A stretch of DNA of 54,088 bases from Eubacteriales bacterium (GTDB lineage Bacteria; Bacillota; Clostridia; Oscillospirales; CAG-272). Shown here one piece after another: positions 36,496 through 46,314 of this stretch; position 1 is the first letter of the stretch; each line of letters starts with the position of its first letter. Under the pieces are notes generated by a model. That model was given only the letters and a program-made list of their open reading frames with translations. It searched no databases and was not told where the DNA came from. Position numbers and translations under genes: made by a program. Location of the stretch: the NCBI GenBank assembly GCA_045653805.1, contig JAZOMF010000075.1, positions 67,112 through 121,199 of the forward strand, written 5' to 3'.

Positions 36496-37204
36496 ACTGC
36501 CCTATCAGCTCGCTCACAACTACAAACTTATACCCTTTCTCCAGCAAAGCCGGAATAAAAAGCTCCAGCGCCTCGGGAGTGGGGCTATTATAGGAAACAT
36601 AATCGTGCATTAGGATAATATCCCCGGACGCTACCGAGCTTATTACGTTTCGCGCTATCTTATCAGGCGGCGTGTTTGCCCAATCCATTGTGTCGATATC
36701 CCAAAGGATCACCTTATAATCAAGCTGCTTGATAACACTTTTAACGTATCCATCGATCATCCCCTCGGGGGGGCGGAAAAGTTTTGTCCTGTAATCAGTG
36801 TGGCTAAATAGCGCCGATTCGCAACGTTCAACCTCATTATAGAGCATATTTGAATCTAATCTGTCCACATGTGGATGAGTATAGGTGTGATTTCCTATCT
36901 CATGCCCTCGGTCTATTACCATCGCCATTGTATCGGGGTATCTGTCGGCGTTGATCCCAATAGCAAAAAATGTTGCCTTTATGCCGTATTTATCCAGAAT
37001 ATCGAGTATTTGAGGCGTGTACCTTGGATGAGGTCCGTCATCAAAGGTAAGTGCTATCTTCATAAATTCATTTTCTTTTTTTCTATAAATATCAACGTCA
37101 CTGTCATCGTCCGCTGACACACAAAGAGCATGCGGAGCGAATACAATATTTAATACAATGATAAAAACCATTATTAGAGAGGCTCTTTTTAGCGTCCTCG
37201 ACAT
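36494..37204 (-). CDS. Polysaccharide deacetylase (CE4/NodB) with N-terminal signal/TM
   Basis: ALTFDDGP, ATFF, GNHTYTH, FRPPEG, W.IDT.DW, ILMHD. Confidence 0.93.
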   Translation of the reverse strand: MSRTLKRASLIMVFIIVLNIVFAPHALCVSADDDSDVDIYRKKENEFMKIALTFDDGPHPRYTPQILDILDKYGIKATFFAIGINADRYPDTMAMVIDRGHEIGNHTYTHPHVDRLDSNMLYNEVERCESALFSHTDYRTKLFRPPEGMIDGYVKSVIKQLDYKVILWDIDTMDWANTPPDKIARNVISSVASGDIILMHDYVSYNSPTPEALELFIPALLEKGYKFVVVSELIGQ

Positions 37205-37209
37205 AAATA

Positions 37210-37995
37210 TCACCGCCCGCAAAGTTCGTCTAACGTACCAAAGCGATACCCTTGAGATTTCAGTGTAACTATCACGTCCTCAAGTATCGCGGCATTTGTT
37301 GCCGACGTAGGATGCAAAAGCATTACCTCGCCGTTGTGAACATTATCAAGTATCTTCTTTTTCGCCTTTTCTGGTGACATTTGCTTATTATTGTCCCAAT
37401 CAGCATATGCAAAACTCCAGAAAATCGTTTTATATCCAAGCTCATTTGCATAATTTAACGATTCTTCGTCAAATCTTCCTTCAGGGGGACGGTAATAGTC
37501 GGAGATCTCTTTGCCAATCGTTTCTTGGCAGACGCTCTTTAGCGAATTTAATTCATTTGCAAGCACATCACGGCTTTTACCTACCATAGTTTTGTGCGAA
37601 TAGGTGTGATTGCAGACAAGATGTCCTTGATCAAACATTCGGCATACTAAATCGGGATTAGATCTCACCAGATTTCCAAGTATAAAAAATGCGGCTGGCA
37701 CATTTTGCCTTTTCAATACATTTAAGATTTTCTCAATATTACCGTTCTCATATCCTGCATCAAACGTAAGATATATAACCTTATCCTGGTCGTTATCACC
37801 GTGAGCTTTATCTATATAATAACCACCGTAACGCTCAATAAACTGAAATTGAGAATCGGCTGTAGGTTGAAGATTATCATTTCGGTGAACACAGTACCAG
37901 CTATATCCACCCTTGTCGGATGCACCGGTATTTATTGCAAAAACCATGATCAATGCCACCAACAAAATCATCGATAAATATTTAATTTTTTTCAC
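37210..37995 (-). CDS. pdaA: Muramic delta-lactam biosynthesis N-deacetylase PdaA-like
   Basis: YLTFDAGYENG, NHTYSH, RPPEG, FWSFAYADW, LLHP. Confidence 0.88.
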   Translation of the reverse strand: MKKIKYLSMILLVALIMVFAINTGASDKGGYSWYCVHRNDNLQPTADSQFQFIERYGGYYIDKAHGDNDQDKVIYLTFDAGYENGNIEKILNVLKRQNVPAAFFILGNLVRSNPDLVCRMFDQGHLVCNHTYSHKTMVGKSRDVLANELNSLKSVCQETIGKEISDYYRPPEGRFDEESLNYANELGYKTIFWSFAYADWDNNKQMSPEKAKKKILDNVHNGEVMLLHPTSATNAAILEDVIVTLKSQGYRFGTLDELCGR

Positions 37996-38059
37996 CGTAT
38001 CAACTCCTTTCTCATCTTATTTTCCGCAAAAAACTCAACATTATTTATTTAAAAATATG

Positions 38060-38088
38060 TTGACATTTATTGAATATTATGTTAAAAT
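38060..38088 (+). promoter_or_regulatory. Sigma-A promoter
   Basis: TTGACA-17 bp-TAAAAT with TG. Confidence 0.7.
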
Positions 38089-38127
38089 GAAATGAAATAC
38101 ATATATATAGGGAGGCGCCACATAAAC

Positions 38128-38400
38128 ATGGAAACAAAGATAGTTATTGGCTTTTTTGTCGGACTTTTATGCGGTATAGTCCCTTTATTTTTTGGACTTT
38201 TGAAAAAAAGCAAGATTCTTGGAATTTCGGGAACGGTTGCCTCTGCCGGTGCAGGTGTGCTGTTCAGCGCACTTGACAAATCTCCCTTCTCCGCCCTGGT
38301 GGTTGCAATTTTGTTTATCGTCATAATAATTGCAAGCACTAAACGGCGTTCAAATGAAGAGTATGAAGACGATGACGACATAGATCCCGATATAACCTAA
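38128..38400 (+). CDS. Small 2-3 TM membrane protein with acidic tail
   Basis: GGAGG RBS, own promoter and terminator, hydrophobic helices. Confidence 0.7.
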   Translation: METKIVIGFFVGLLCGIVPLFFGLLKKSKILGISGTVASAGAGVLFSALDKSPFSALVVAILFIVIIIASTKRRSNEEYEDDDDIDPDIT

Positions 38401-38401
38401 G

Positions 38402-38438
38402 CATATCCGACGGTTTTTCACTTTCGGATATGTTTTTT
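38402..38438 (+). terminator. Intrinsic terminator
   Basis: CATATCCGA/TCGGATATG plus T-run. Confidence 0.75.
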
Positions 38439-38541
38439 GTTGTAAACTCGGAAATTATTACGAAAATCTATATACAAACCGAAAAAAATATGTTATAATT
38501 ATAATATTATAGATATTAATATTTAATAATGGGTGATCATT

Positions 38542-39423
38542 ATGGAAAAGAACAACAAATTTGGCAAGAAAAATAACAATTCTAAAAATTATTCCAAGGG
38601 AAAAAGCTCTTCCGGCAACTCTTATGAGCGCCGAGAGAAATACACTAAGTATTCCTCTCGTGAGGACGCAATGGCAGGGTCTGAGGAAGGTGCCGGTCTC
38701 GTTATCGGTAGAAATGCGGTAAGAGAGCTTCTCAAATCCGACCGCGAAATCGACAAGCTTCTCGTACAAAAAGGTGAGCGCGAGGGTTCTATCGTGGTTC
38801 TTGTGGCAATGGCTGTTGAAAAAGGAATCCCCGTAGTAGAAACCGATAAAAACAAGCTTGACTCTATGGCGGGCTTTGTTCCCCACCAGGGCGTTATCGC
38901 TATGGCTTCCGAAAAGGAATACTGCACTGTAGAGGATATACTTGAAATTGCCAAGGAGCGTGGTGAGGCTCCCCTTATAGTTATAGCAGACGGCATTACC
39001 GATCCCTACAATCTCGGCGCTCTGATTAGATGTGCAGAGGGATCGGGCGCTCACGGAATTATTATTCCCAAGAGACGCTCCACAGGGCTCACTCCCCTTG
39101 TTTCCAAGGCATCTGCAGGTGCTATCGAGCATATGGCTATTGCAAAAGTTTCTAATATTTCCAACACTATCCTCTCCCTCAAAGAAAAGGGCGTGTGGGT
39201 ATTTGCCGCAGAGGCGGGCGGAAAGCCTTATTATGAGACGGATTTTAAGGGTCCCTGCGCGCTTGTGTTTGGAAGCGAAGGCAACGGAGTATCTCAGATA
39301 GTAGTAGACAACTGCGATGCACTGACATCCATTCCTATGTATGGAAAGGTCAATTCCTTTAACGTCTCCACAGCAGCATCTGTAATTCTGTGCGAGGCTG
39401 CAAAGCAAAACAGAACAAAGTAA
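38542..39423 (+). CDS. rlmB: 23S rRNA Gm2251 2'-O-methyltransferase RlmB
   Basis: GRNAVRELL, HQGV, DGITDPYNLGALIR, KASAGA, GSEG.G, IPM.G.VNSFNVS. Confidence 0.93.
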   Translation: MEKNNKFGKKNNNSKNYSKGKSSSGNSYERREKYTKYSSREDAMAGSEEGAGLVIGRNAVRELLKSDREIDKLLVQKGEREGSIVVLVAMAVEKGIPVVETDKNKLDSMAGFVPHQGVIAMASEKEYCTVEDILEIAKERGEAPLIVIADGITDPYNLGALIRCAEGSGAHGIIIPKRRSTGLTPLVSKASAGAIEHMAIAKVSNISNTILSLKEKGVWVFAAEAGGKPYYETDFKGPCALVFGSEGNGVSQIVVDNCDALTSIPMYGKVNSFNVSTAASVILCEAAKQNRTK

Positions 39424-39468
39424 TTTTAAAATTAAGTTATAAAAATTTCAAAGAAGGAGGAACCTCTT

Positions 39469-42423
39469 ATGGCAAGACAAAGCAAAAAAAGCAGAAATGA
39501 GCTTGATTTGATACTGGAACAGCTTAAAAGGTCATATGCTGCTGATTCTGCCAACTCTCTTGAAGATGATCTGCTTGAATCCCCAAAGCACGAGGAGGAT
39601 GCTGAACTTAATGAGATATTAGGTAGAATATTCTCGTACGATGAAACAGAAAAACAGACTGAACCCATTCAGCCCAACGCAGAATCTGCTGCCGAGGTGA
39701 TCTCCCATTCAAACGAGCCAGTAACCGAAGCAGGGGCACCGGATATTAAAAGTAATTCTGAAACAACTACCGAAATTGCCGAGACCGTCGAAAACAACGA
39801 AGATCTAATCGAGTCCTCTGCGGTGGAAACAAATGAAGTAACGGAAACACGCACCCTTGATCCAGAGTCGAATATTTCCGAATCTTCAACAGAAAATGTA
39901 TTAGAAGCAAACACCTCCGAAATTGAGGTTGAAAGTGCTTCCCAAGATGCTACCGACATAAATGCGGTGGACAACGTACTTAGTATTATGTTCTCCGGAA
40001 AATCTAAAAACGGCAAGCACGAACAGGGTGGAAAAGCGGTGGAAAGCATAATTGAGGATACTGTTCCCGATATTACTACCCCGGACGAGGCTGAAGAGAC
40101 CACAGAAATCGAAGAAATTACTGACAATACCGTTGAACATGCGATTTGTGACGATGCAGATACGCTTTATGATGATAGCGAAATCTTTGCTGACATTGAA
40201 GCAGATGACATCGTAACAAACGATGAAGACGATACAGTATTTGCGGTAGAAGATGAGGAATATGCAACCGATGAAGAAAATGTCGAAGTTCAAGACAACG
40301 ACATTTACGACGCTTTAACATCGGAACAGCTGGACCCCCCACAGTATGAGCCAATTTCCCTACCTCACGTAATCTTAACTCGCGCAGAATACACTCAGGA
40401 TCCACTGCAAGATAGTTTCCCTACACTAGATTTCCATGCACCTGCAATCGAGAATACACAGGATAAGTCTACCACATACGACAAAATTGTTGATCAGCCC
40501 GAAAAGTCGGAAAACATACACAAAGAAGAAGTCTTCGATGAGAATGACATATCTTTGCTATTGAAGATTGGATATGACCAGGAGATTCGATCCAAGGTAG
40601 GAGAAAAAAAGACACAGCAGGTCATACTGGAGTCAGATTATAGCTTCACACCGGATCCCACAAAAAAGATATTTGGTTTTTGTGGCAAAGAACTTACAAA
40701 TCGAAATCAAATTAACGAAATTAAGGAAAAATACAAGACAGATCAAAAGAATCTTATTATTCTTATGTCTGTGGTTTCCATTCTGTCACTACTGTTATTA
40801 TACATAACATGCTCTTTTGAGTTTTATACCGACAAAGTGGCAAACTTCCCCATTTTTCTTTTAATGGATTTCGGGTTGGTGCTACTGATAATGGCGGTGC
40901 TATATAAAAAGCTCGTTTCAGGAATAAATAAGCTTATAAAATTGGAGACAAGCACAAACACCCTGCTCTTCTTTATTGCAACGGCATACCTTCTGTATAC
41001 GATCTTCTCGCTGATTGCCTACGCAATTGCTGGCAACTCGGTAACTCAAAAAGAGCTGATGCTATTCGGTTTCGCAGTTTCAATATATGCGGTGCTTTCT
41101 CTTGTTTCTGATTTTTTGAATTGCATAAGAGAGCGTCGAACATTCAATATTATAAGTTCGTCCGATACACTCTACACCGCAGAAAAATTCAATATAAAAA
41201 CAAGCAATAAGTCTACCGGAGACAGCGAAAATAATTACATAACCCGTAAAACAAAGCTGCTAAGCGGTTATTTTAGAAAAATATCTAAAGACGATGAGTT
41301 GGGAATAAAACCTATGTATCTTATAGGAATAGCTCCGATAATTTCCCTTACATTGGGACTTGCGGTATACTTCTTAAGCTCAAGCATATCCCTCTGTGTT
41401 TCCGTGGTAATGCTTTCGCTTTTGTTCTGTGTGCCGGTTCCGTTTGTATTTACATCCACACTTATACGTTTTGTACTGCTTAATCCCCGATCAAACAAAA
41501 AATCCGCTTATATAGGCAATTTCGCCCCCGAGGAAATGTCCCATACTACACGACTTACATTCAATGATAATGACTGTATTGAACTTGTGGGCTATACCGA
41601 AATCCACCCCAGCGGAAGAAACGATACACATGAATCACTCAAGGTGGCATATGAAATATTCAGTGCTCTCGGTGGTCCTCTTTCGACTATTGGAAACACT
41701 GAACTTACACATAGCGATCGCAAATCACACGATGTGGTTATAAACCAGATCACTAATGAGGGTATCGATATTTATTACGATTCATCCGTAAACGTTCTGC
41801 TTGGCGATAGACATTATATGCAGAGTCACAACATAAAGGTAAAGACCGATACCAATCTTCACGCAGCTACTAAAGGAAACGATAAATCAGTTATATTCAT
41901 GGCATTTGACGGTGTGCCCAAGCTTGGATTTATCATAAACAGCCGTATAACTCCCAAGTTTATGATAATGTCGGAATCTCTCATAAAATCGGGCATAAAA
42001 ATATGTGTTCAATCCTATGAGCCGCAGATTAACAATCTTTACTTTGAGCAGAACAAGGGGCAATTCATGTCCTCCGTCAACGTAATAAAGCCCGAAAATT
42101 ACGAATCAAGAGACACACGAGATATGTGCGACGGATGTGTTGTTTCCTCTTCCGACAGTTTCGAACTGGCTCAAATGATAGCTCAAAGCTCGCAAATAGC
42201 AAAACAAATGAAGATTAACAAGCTTGTAAACGTGGGCATTCTGGTCTTCTGCATTCTTTCGTCCCTTATGGTCGCAGCTATCTCGACATACGGCACACAG
42301 CTCGCTGACGAACTCAGTGTTCTGACGAACCACCTTACTACAGTGTTCAATGTGCTTATGGCGGCAAGCCTTATCCCGGTTATTTTCGAGATAGTAGCAA
42401 TCTTCAAAAACAAAAAGCATTAA
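39469..42423 (+). CDS. Membrane protein: acidic disordered N-terminus plus degenerate P1B-type ATPase-like body
   Basis: About 400 aa E/D/T-rich N-terminus; about 8 TM helices in 4+2+2 layout; N/P-domain-like EGI..LLG...MQ and VIFMAFDG; no DKTGT, TGE, TGDN or GDGxND. Confidence 0.65.
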   Translation: MARQSKKSRNELDLILEQLKRSYAADSANSLEDDLLESPKHEEDAELNEILGRIFSYDETEKQTEPIQPNAESAAEVISHSNEPVTEAGAPDIKSNSETTTEIAETVENNEDLIESSAVETNEVTETRTLDPESNISESSTENVLEANTSEIEVESASQDATDINAVDNVLSIMFSGKSKNGKHEQGGKAVESIIEDTVPDITTPDEAEETTEIEEITDNTVEHAICDDADTLYDDSEIFADIEADDIVTNDEDDTVFAVEDEEYATDEENVEVQDNDIYDALTSEQLDPPQYEPISLPHVILTRAEYTQDPLQDSFPTLDFHAPAIENTQDKSTTYDKIVDQPEKSENIHKEEVFDENDISLLLKIGYDQEIRSKVGEKKTQQVILESDYSFTPDPTKKIFGFCGKELTNRNQINEIKEKYKTDQKNLIILMSVVSILSLLLLYITCSFEFYTDKVANFPIFLLMDFGLVLLIMAVLYKKLVSGINKLIKLETSTNTLLFFIATAYLLYTIFSLIAYAIAGNSVTQKELMLFGFAVSIYAVLSLVSDFLNCIRERRTFNIISSSDTLYTAEKFNIKTSNKSTGDSENNYITRKTKLLSGYFRKISKDDELGIKPMYLIGIAPIISLTLGLAVYFLSSSISLCVSVVMLSLLFCVPVPFVFTSTLIRFVLLNPRSNKKSAYIGNFAPEEMSHTTRLTFNDNDCIELVGYTEIHPSGRNDTHESLKVAYEIFSALGGPLSTIGNTELTHSDRKSHDVVINQITNEGIDIYYDSSVNVLLGDRHYMQSHNIKVKTDTNLHAATKGNDKSVIFMAFDGVPKLGFIINSRITPKFMIMSESLIKSGIKICVQSYEPQINNLYFEQNKGQFMSSVNVIKPENYESRDTRDMCDGCVVSSSDSFELAQMIAQSSQIAKQMKINKLVNVGILVFCILSSLMVAAISTYGTQLADELSVLTNHLTTVFNVLMAASLIPVIFEIVAIFKNKKH

Positions 42424-42464
42424 TCACAGCACTCTTATAGAGCAATTTTACGGAGTACTCTTAA

Positions 42465-44321
42465 ATGAACAATAATTTCTATTCAATTTTAAAGCAGGTT
42501 CAAAAGCCAGGTCGTTATTCGGGTGGCGAATACGGACAGATAATCAAAGATAAGGAGAATGTCAAGGCAAGATTTGCCTTTGCCTTTCCCGATACCTACG
42601 AAATAGGTATGTCCAATCTCGGTGTAAGAATTCTTTACGAATGCCTTAACCGCGAGGATGACATTTGGTGCGAGCGCGTATATGACCCTTGGGTCGATAT
42701 GCAGGAAAAGATGGTAGAGCACGATATTCCTCTTTGGGCACACGAAAGCAAAGACCCCGTAAAGGATTTCGACTTCCTTGGCTTCACTCTCCAATATGAG
42801 ATGTCCTATACCAACGTTCTCAACATGCTGGAGCTTTCAGGCATTCCCCTGAGAGCGGCAGACCGTGGCGAGGATTTCCCCATTGTTATCGGTGGCGGTC
42901 CTTGCGCGTATAACCCCGAGCCCGTTGCAGATTTCTTTGACCTCTTCAATATCGGAGAGGGAGAAAGCCTTCTCGTTGAGATCGTCCGTCTCTACATAAA
43001 GATGAAGGACGAGGGCAGATACACTAAGGCAGACTTTCTCCACGAGGCGGCAAGAACTATTCCGGGTGTGTACGTTCCCTCTCTCTATGACGTATCCTAT
43101 AACAATGATGGCACAATCAAGGCGTACACACCTATTTATGACGATATCCCCACAAAGATAACAAAGCGCATTGTTGAGGACCTTGACAAAGCTCCTTTCC
43201 CCGACTACGCAATTATGCCCTACACCGAGGTGGTTCATGACAGAATCATGCTTGAGGTGTTTAGAGGATGCATCCGTGGATGTCGATTCTGTCAGGCGGG
43301 TATTATCTATCGTCCCGTAAGAGAAAAATCCCCCGATTTGCTCAACGAGCAAGCAAAGTGCATCTTTGAAAACACGGGATACGAGGAAATTTCTCTGGCT
43401 TCCCTTTCTATAAGCGACTACACCGGACTTCCCGAGCTTACGGACAAGCTCCTTGATTGGACTCAGGAAAATATGGTCAGCTTCTCGCTTCCTTCTCTTC
43501 GTGTTGATAGCTTCACCAAGGAATTGATGGAAAAGGTGGCTTCAGTTCGCTCCTCCTCTCTCACCTTTGCTCCCGAGGCAGGCACACAGAGACTTCGTGA
43601 CGTTATAAACAAAAACGTGCTCGAGGACGACCTTATGAAAGCGGTCAATGTTGCCTTTGACGTAGGCAAAACCCAAGTTAAGCTCTACTTTATGCAGGGA
43701 CTTCCTACCGAGACATACGAAGACCTTGAGGGTATTCCCGCCCTTGCCAAGAAGGTTATCGAAGCGTTCTATGCTAATCCTAATCACAACCGCGCAAAGG
43801 CTCCTCAGGTCACCTTCAGTGTTTCCCCCTTCATTCCCAAGCCCTTTACTCCCTTCCAGTGGGAGCCTCAGGACACCCTTGAGGTTATCAAGGAAAAGCA
43901 GGAATTCGTTGGCAAGTGCGTAACCGACCGAAAGATAAAATATCAGCATCACGATCCCGAAACCTGCTGTATTGAAGCGGTATTGGCACGCGGTGACAGA
44001 AGACTTGCCCCCGCCCTTGAGTTGGCTTGCCGTGAGGGCTTTAAATTCGACGCGTGGAGCGAATTCTTCAATTACGATAAATGGATGAGTGTATTTGAGC
44101 GCTCCGGCGTAGATCCTGCGTTTTACGCCAACAGAAGATATTCCTACGATGAGGTTCTTCCTTGGGATATCATCGATTGCGGCGTAACCAAAGAATTCCT
44201 TTTGAGAGAAAGCAAAAAGGCACACGAGGGTAACACTACCCCCAACTGCCGCGAAAAGTGCTCCGCTTGCGGTGCAAACAGACTTGGAGGTGAAAGAACA
44301 TGTTGTCCGAAAAAGAAATAA
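42465..44321 (+). CDS. B12-binding radical SAM protein (TIGR03960-like)
   Basis: KPGRY.GGE, FPDTYEIGMSNLG, GGP.AYNPEP, RGCIRGCRFC, FAPEAGTQRLR, PKPFTPFQW, C-terminal C..C..C. Confidence 0.9.
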   Translation: MNNNFYSILKQVQKPGRYSGGEYGQIIKDKENVKARFAFAFPDTYEIGMSNLGVRILYECLNREDDIWCERVYDPWVDMQEKMVEHDIPLWAHESKDPVKDFDFLGFTLQYEMSYTNVLNMLELSGIPLRAADRGEDFPIVIGGGPCAYNPEPVADFFDLFNIGEGESLLVEIVRLYIKMKDEGRYTKADFLHEAARTIPGVYVPSLYDVSYNNDGTIKAYTPIYDDIPTKITKRIVEDLDKAPFPDYAIMPYTEVVHDRIMLEVFRGCIRGCRFCQAGIIYRPVREKSPDLLNEQAKCIFENTGYEEISLASLSISDYTGLPELTDKLLDWTQENMVSFSLPSLRVDSFTKELMEKVASVRSSSLTFAPEAGTQRLRDVINKNVLEDDLMKAVNVAFDVGKTQVKLYFMQGLPTETYEDLEGIPALAKKVIEAFYANPNHNRAKAPQVTFSVSPFIPKPFTPFQWEPQDTLEVIKEKQEFVGKCVTDRKIKYQHHDPETCCIEAVLARGDRRLAPALELACREGFKFDAWSEFFNYDKWMSVFERSGVDPAFYANRRYSYDEVLPWDIIDCGVTKEFLLRESKKAHEGNTTPNCREKCSACGANRLGGERTCCPKKK

Positions 44322-45025
44322 GACCCGGTAGCAAAAAGCTTTCACGCCCCATGCTGGAAACGCCAGAAACCGTAAGAATTAAGTTTTGTAAGGTTGGAAC
44401 TCTTCAGTTTATTTCTCACCTCGACCTTCAGAGAACCTTTCATCGTGTGCTTGTAAGAGCCGGCATTCCCATGTGGTACACCAAGGGATTTAACCCCCAT
44501 GCAAAGCTTGTTTTCGGTGTTCCGCTTTCCGTTGGAACAGAAAGCATGTGCGAAATGGCTGACCTTAAGATCGAGCGCAAGATAAGCCTTGAGGAGATCA
44601 AAAATCAGCTCAACGAGCATCTCACCGATGAGATGTACGTGCTTGAAGCATATTATCCCACCACGAAGTTCGCCGACGTTGCATATGCCGACTATACCAT
44701 TACCTTAAATTCTAATGAAATTGGCACAGACAGCGAAAATGCCTCCGCAGACCTCTTCGCATCCCCCATTATGATGATCAAAAAGTCAAAATCGGGCGAA
44801 AAAGAGGTTGATATCACCGGATTTATAAAGAAAATTTTCTTCAAGGCTGACAATGGTGTAATGACCATAAACACCGTTCTTTCGGCAGGAAGCACTGAAA
44901 ATCTTAACCCCGAGTATATAGTTACTGCACTCAAAAACAACGGTATATTTGGAAAAGACCCCGATTGCAGCTACCGTATTATGAGAAATCGTGTTTACGA
45001 CAAGCATCTTATCGAATTTAAGTAA
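44300..45025 (+). CDS. Radical SAM-associated protein (TIGR03936/DUF2344-like)
   Basis: RIKF.K.G..FISHLDL.R, GFNPH, PLSVGTES; overlaps the radical SAM gene. Confidence 0.88.
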   Translation: MLSEKEIRPGSKKLSRPMLETPETVRIKFCKVGTLQFISHLDLQRTFHRVLVRAGIPMWYTKGFNPHAKLVFGVPLSVGTESMCEMADLKIERKISLEEIKNQLNEHLTDEMYVLEAYYPTTKFADVAYADYTITLNSNEIGTDSENASADLFASPIMMIKKSKSGEKEVDITGFIKKIFFKADNGVMTINTVLSAGSTENLNPEYIVTALKNNGIFGKDPDCSYRIMRNRVYDKHLIEFK

Positions 45026-45101
45026 AATTTATCGTCATTGTCACATAAATTCACCATGAATTTATGTTCAATATACGAAAATATTTTTTTATGCAAAAGG
45101 T

Positions 45102-45130
45102 TTGATTTTTGCACCAAATTATGTTAAAAT
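45102..45130 (+). promoter_or_regulatory. Sigma-A promoter
   Basis: TTGATT-17 bp-TAAAAT with TG. Confidence 0.55.
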
Positions 45131-45169
45131 AAATTATAATATAAAAACATTTATTGGAGGAAAACAACT

Positions 45170-45592
45170 ATGTCAATCAAAATGAGAGTTCTCTGCTACC
45201 CCGAGAACAAGAAAAAGCTTACCGCCATCGGAAACATGATCAAGGCTGAATACGACCTCAGCGTAAACGCTGTTGACCGCATTCCCTCTGCATATCCCTG
45301 CGACAGAGAAAGAATCGTAATTCTCGCTACCAGCATCAAGGGCAAGCTTCCCGATGACTACAGACTCTACGTAAGAGAGCTTACCAAGGCAAGAGCACAA
45401 AACGTTGCTATTCTTGCAGCAGGTGACGACGAGTGCGTTGAAAAGACCAAGGAGCTTCTCCGCGAAGCAGGCACTAACATAATTGACGATGTTATGAAGA
45501 TCAAGATCGGTTTCTTTGATTCCAAGGTATCCGACGCCGAAAAGGCTGACATACTTGCTTGGGTTGAAAAGGTTAAGGCTGAGCTTAAGTAA
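45170..45592 (+). CDS. Flavodoxin-fold-like hypothetical protein
   Basis: GGAGG RBS; alternating beta/alpha pattern ending ADILAWVEKV; no T/S-x-T-G-x-T loop. Confidence 0.6.
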   Translation: MSIKMRVLCYPENKKKLTAIGNMIKAEYDLSVNAVDRIPSAYPCDRERIVILATSIKGKLPDDYRLYVRELTKARAQNVAILAAGDDECVEKTKELLREAGTNIIDDVMKIKIGFFDSKVSDAEKADILAWVEKVKAELK

Positions 45593-45598
45593 TTGATT

Positions 45599-45640
45599 AC
45601 ATAAAAAATCCGACGAAAATTCGTCGGATTTTTTATGTAT
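45599..45640. terminator. Bidirectional terminator
   Basis: ACATAAAAAATCCGACGAA/TTCGTCGGATTTTTTATGT. Confidence 0.9.
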
Positions 45641-45651
45641 ATATCTTTTAA

Positions 45652-46233
45652 TTATATCACTTTAGGAGACACAAAGCTCGTAACATTTGCGCAGTAACTC
45701 TCGTAATTTTCCATGATAATATTAACTATCTCATCAGGAGTTCTGGATGTGGTATCAACAACAAGATTGAAATTATTATGATCGAAGTAATCAACGCCGT
45801 ATATCTGGATAAATCTCTCTCTTTCCACCTTGCCACGCTTGAGCAGTCCCTCACAAGCATCCTCAACACTATCATAGTGCTCCTCTGCGCCTCTCTGATT
45901 CTTCATGACACGGTTAGCCGCCTCCATAGGATCGATGGTGAGGAATATCTTAAATGTATCCTTTGCAAAATGCCACGCCATTCTGGAATCAAAAATAAGC
46001 TTTTCGTCCTTCTTTTCAACAGAAAGTCTAGTTACAGTTCCGTCGATCTCCTTATCGAGTGCGGGATCCTGCTTAAGCCTCTCGTTAAGCTCAAGAGTTG
46101 TTATTCCAAGGCTACGTGCAAACTCTCGGTTGATAATACCCGTACTAAATATCTCAAAACCGTATCTTTCCTTCAATATATTACAAACGGTAGACTTTCC
46201 GCTTCCTAATTTTCCTGTGATAGAAATAAGCAT
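45652..46233 (-). CDS. Cytidylate kinase-like P-loop kinase (archaeal-type Cmk family)
   Basis: ISITGKLGSGKST, STG..RE.A, DSR.AW, ERF..YGVD, VDTT. Confidence 0.85.
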   Translation of the reverse strand: MLISITGKLGSGKSTVCNILKERYGFEIFSTGIINREFARSLGITTLELNERLKQDPALDKEIDGTVTRLSVEKKDEKLIFDSRMAWHFAKDTFKIFLTIDPMEAANRVMKNQRGAEEHYDSVEDACEGLLKRGKVERERFIQIYGVDYFDHNNFNLVVDTTSRTPDEIVNIIMENYESYCANVTSFVSPKVI

Positions 46234-46314
46234 AATATGTTCCTTCCTGACATTTAAAGATTACAAGCAAATAATAAACCTACCTTCTTTGACGAAAGTA
46301 GGTTTAATTGTAAA

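Noticed and set aside
45038-45056. Rex-like box TTGTCAC...TTCACCA
   Set aside because: Spacing is one base off the 18-bp consensus and there are several mismatches
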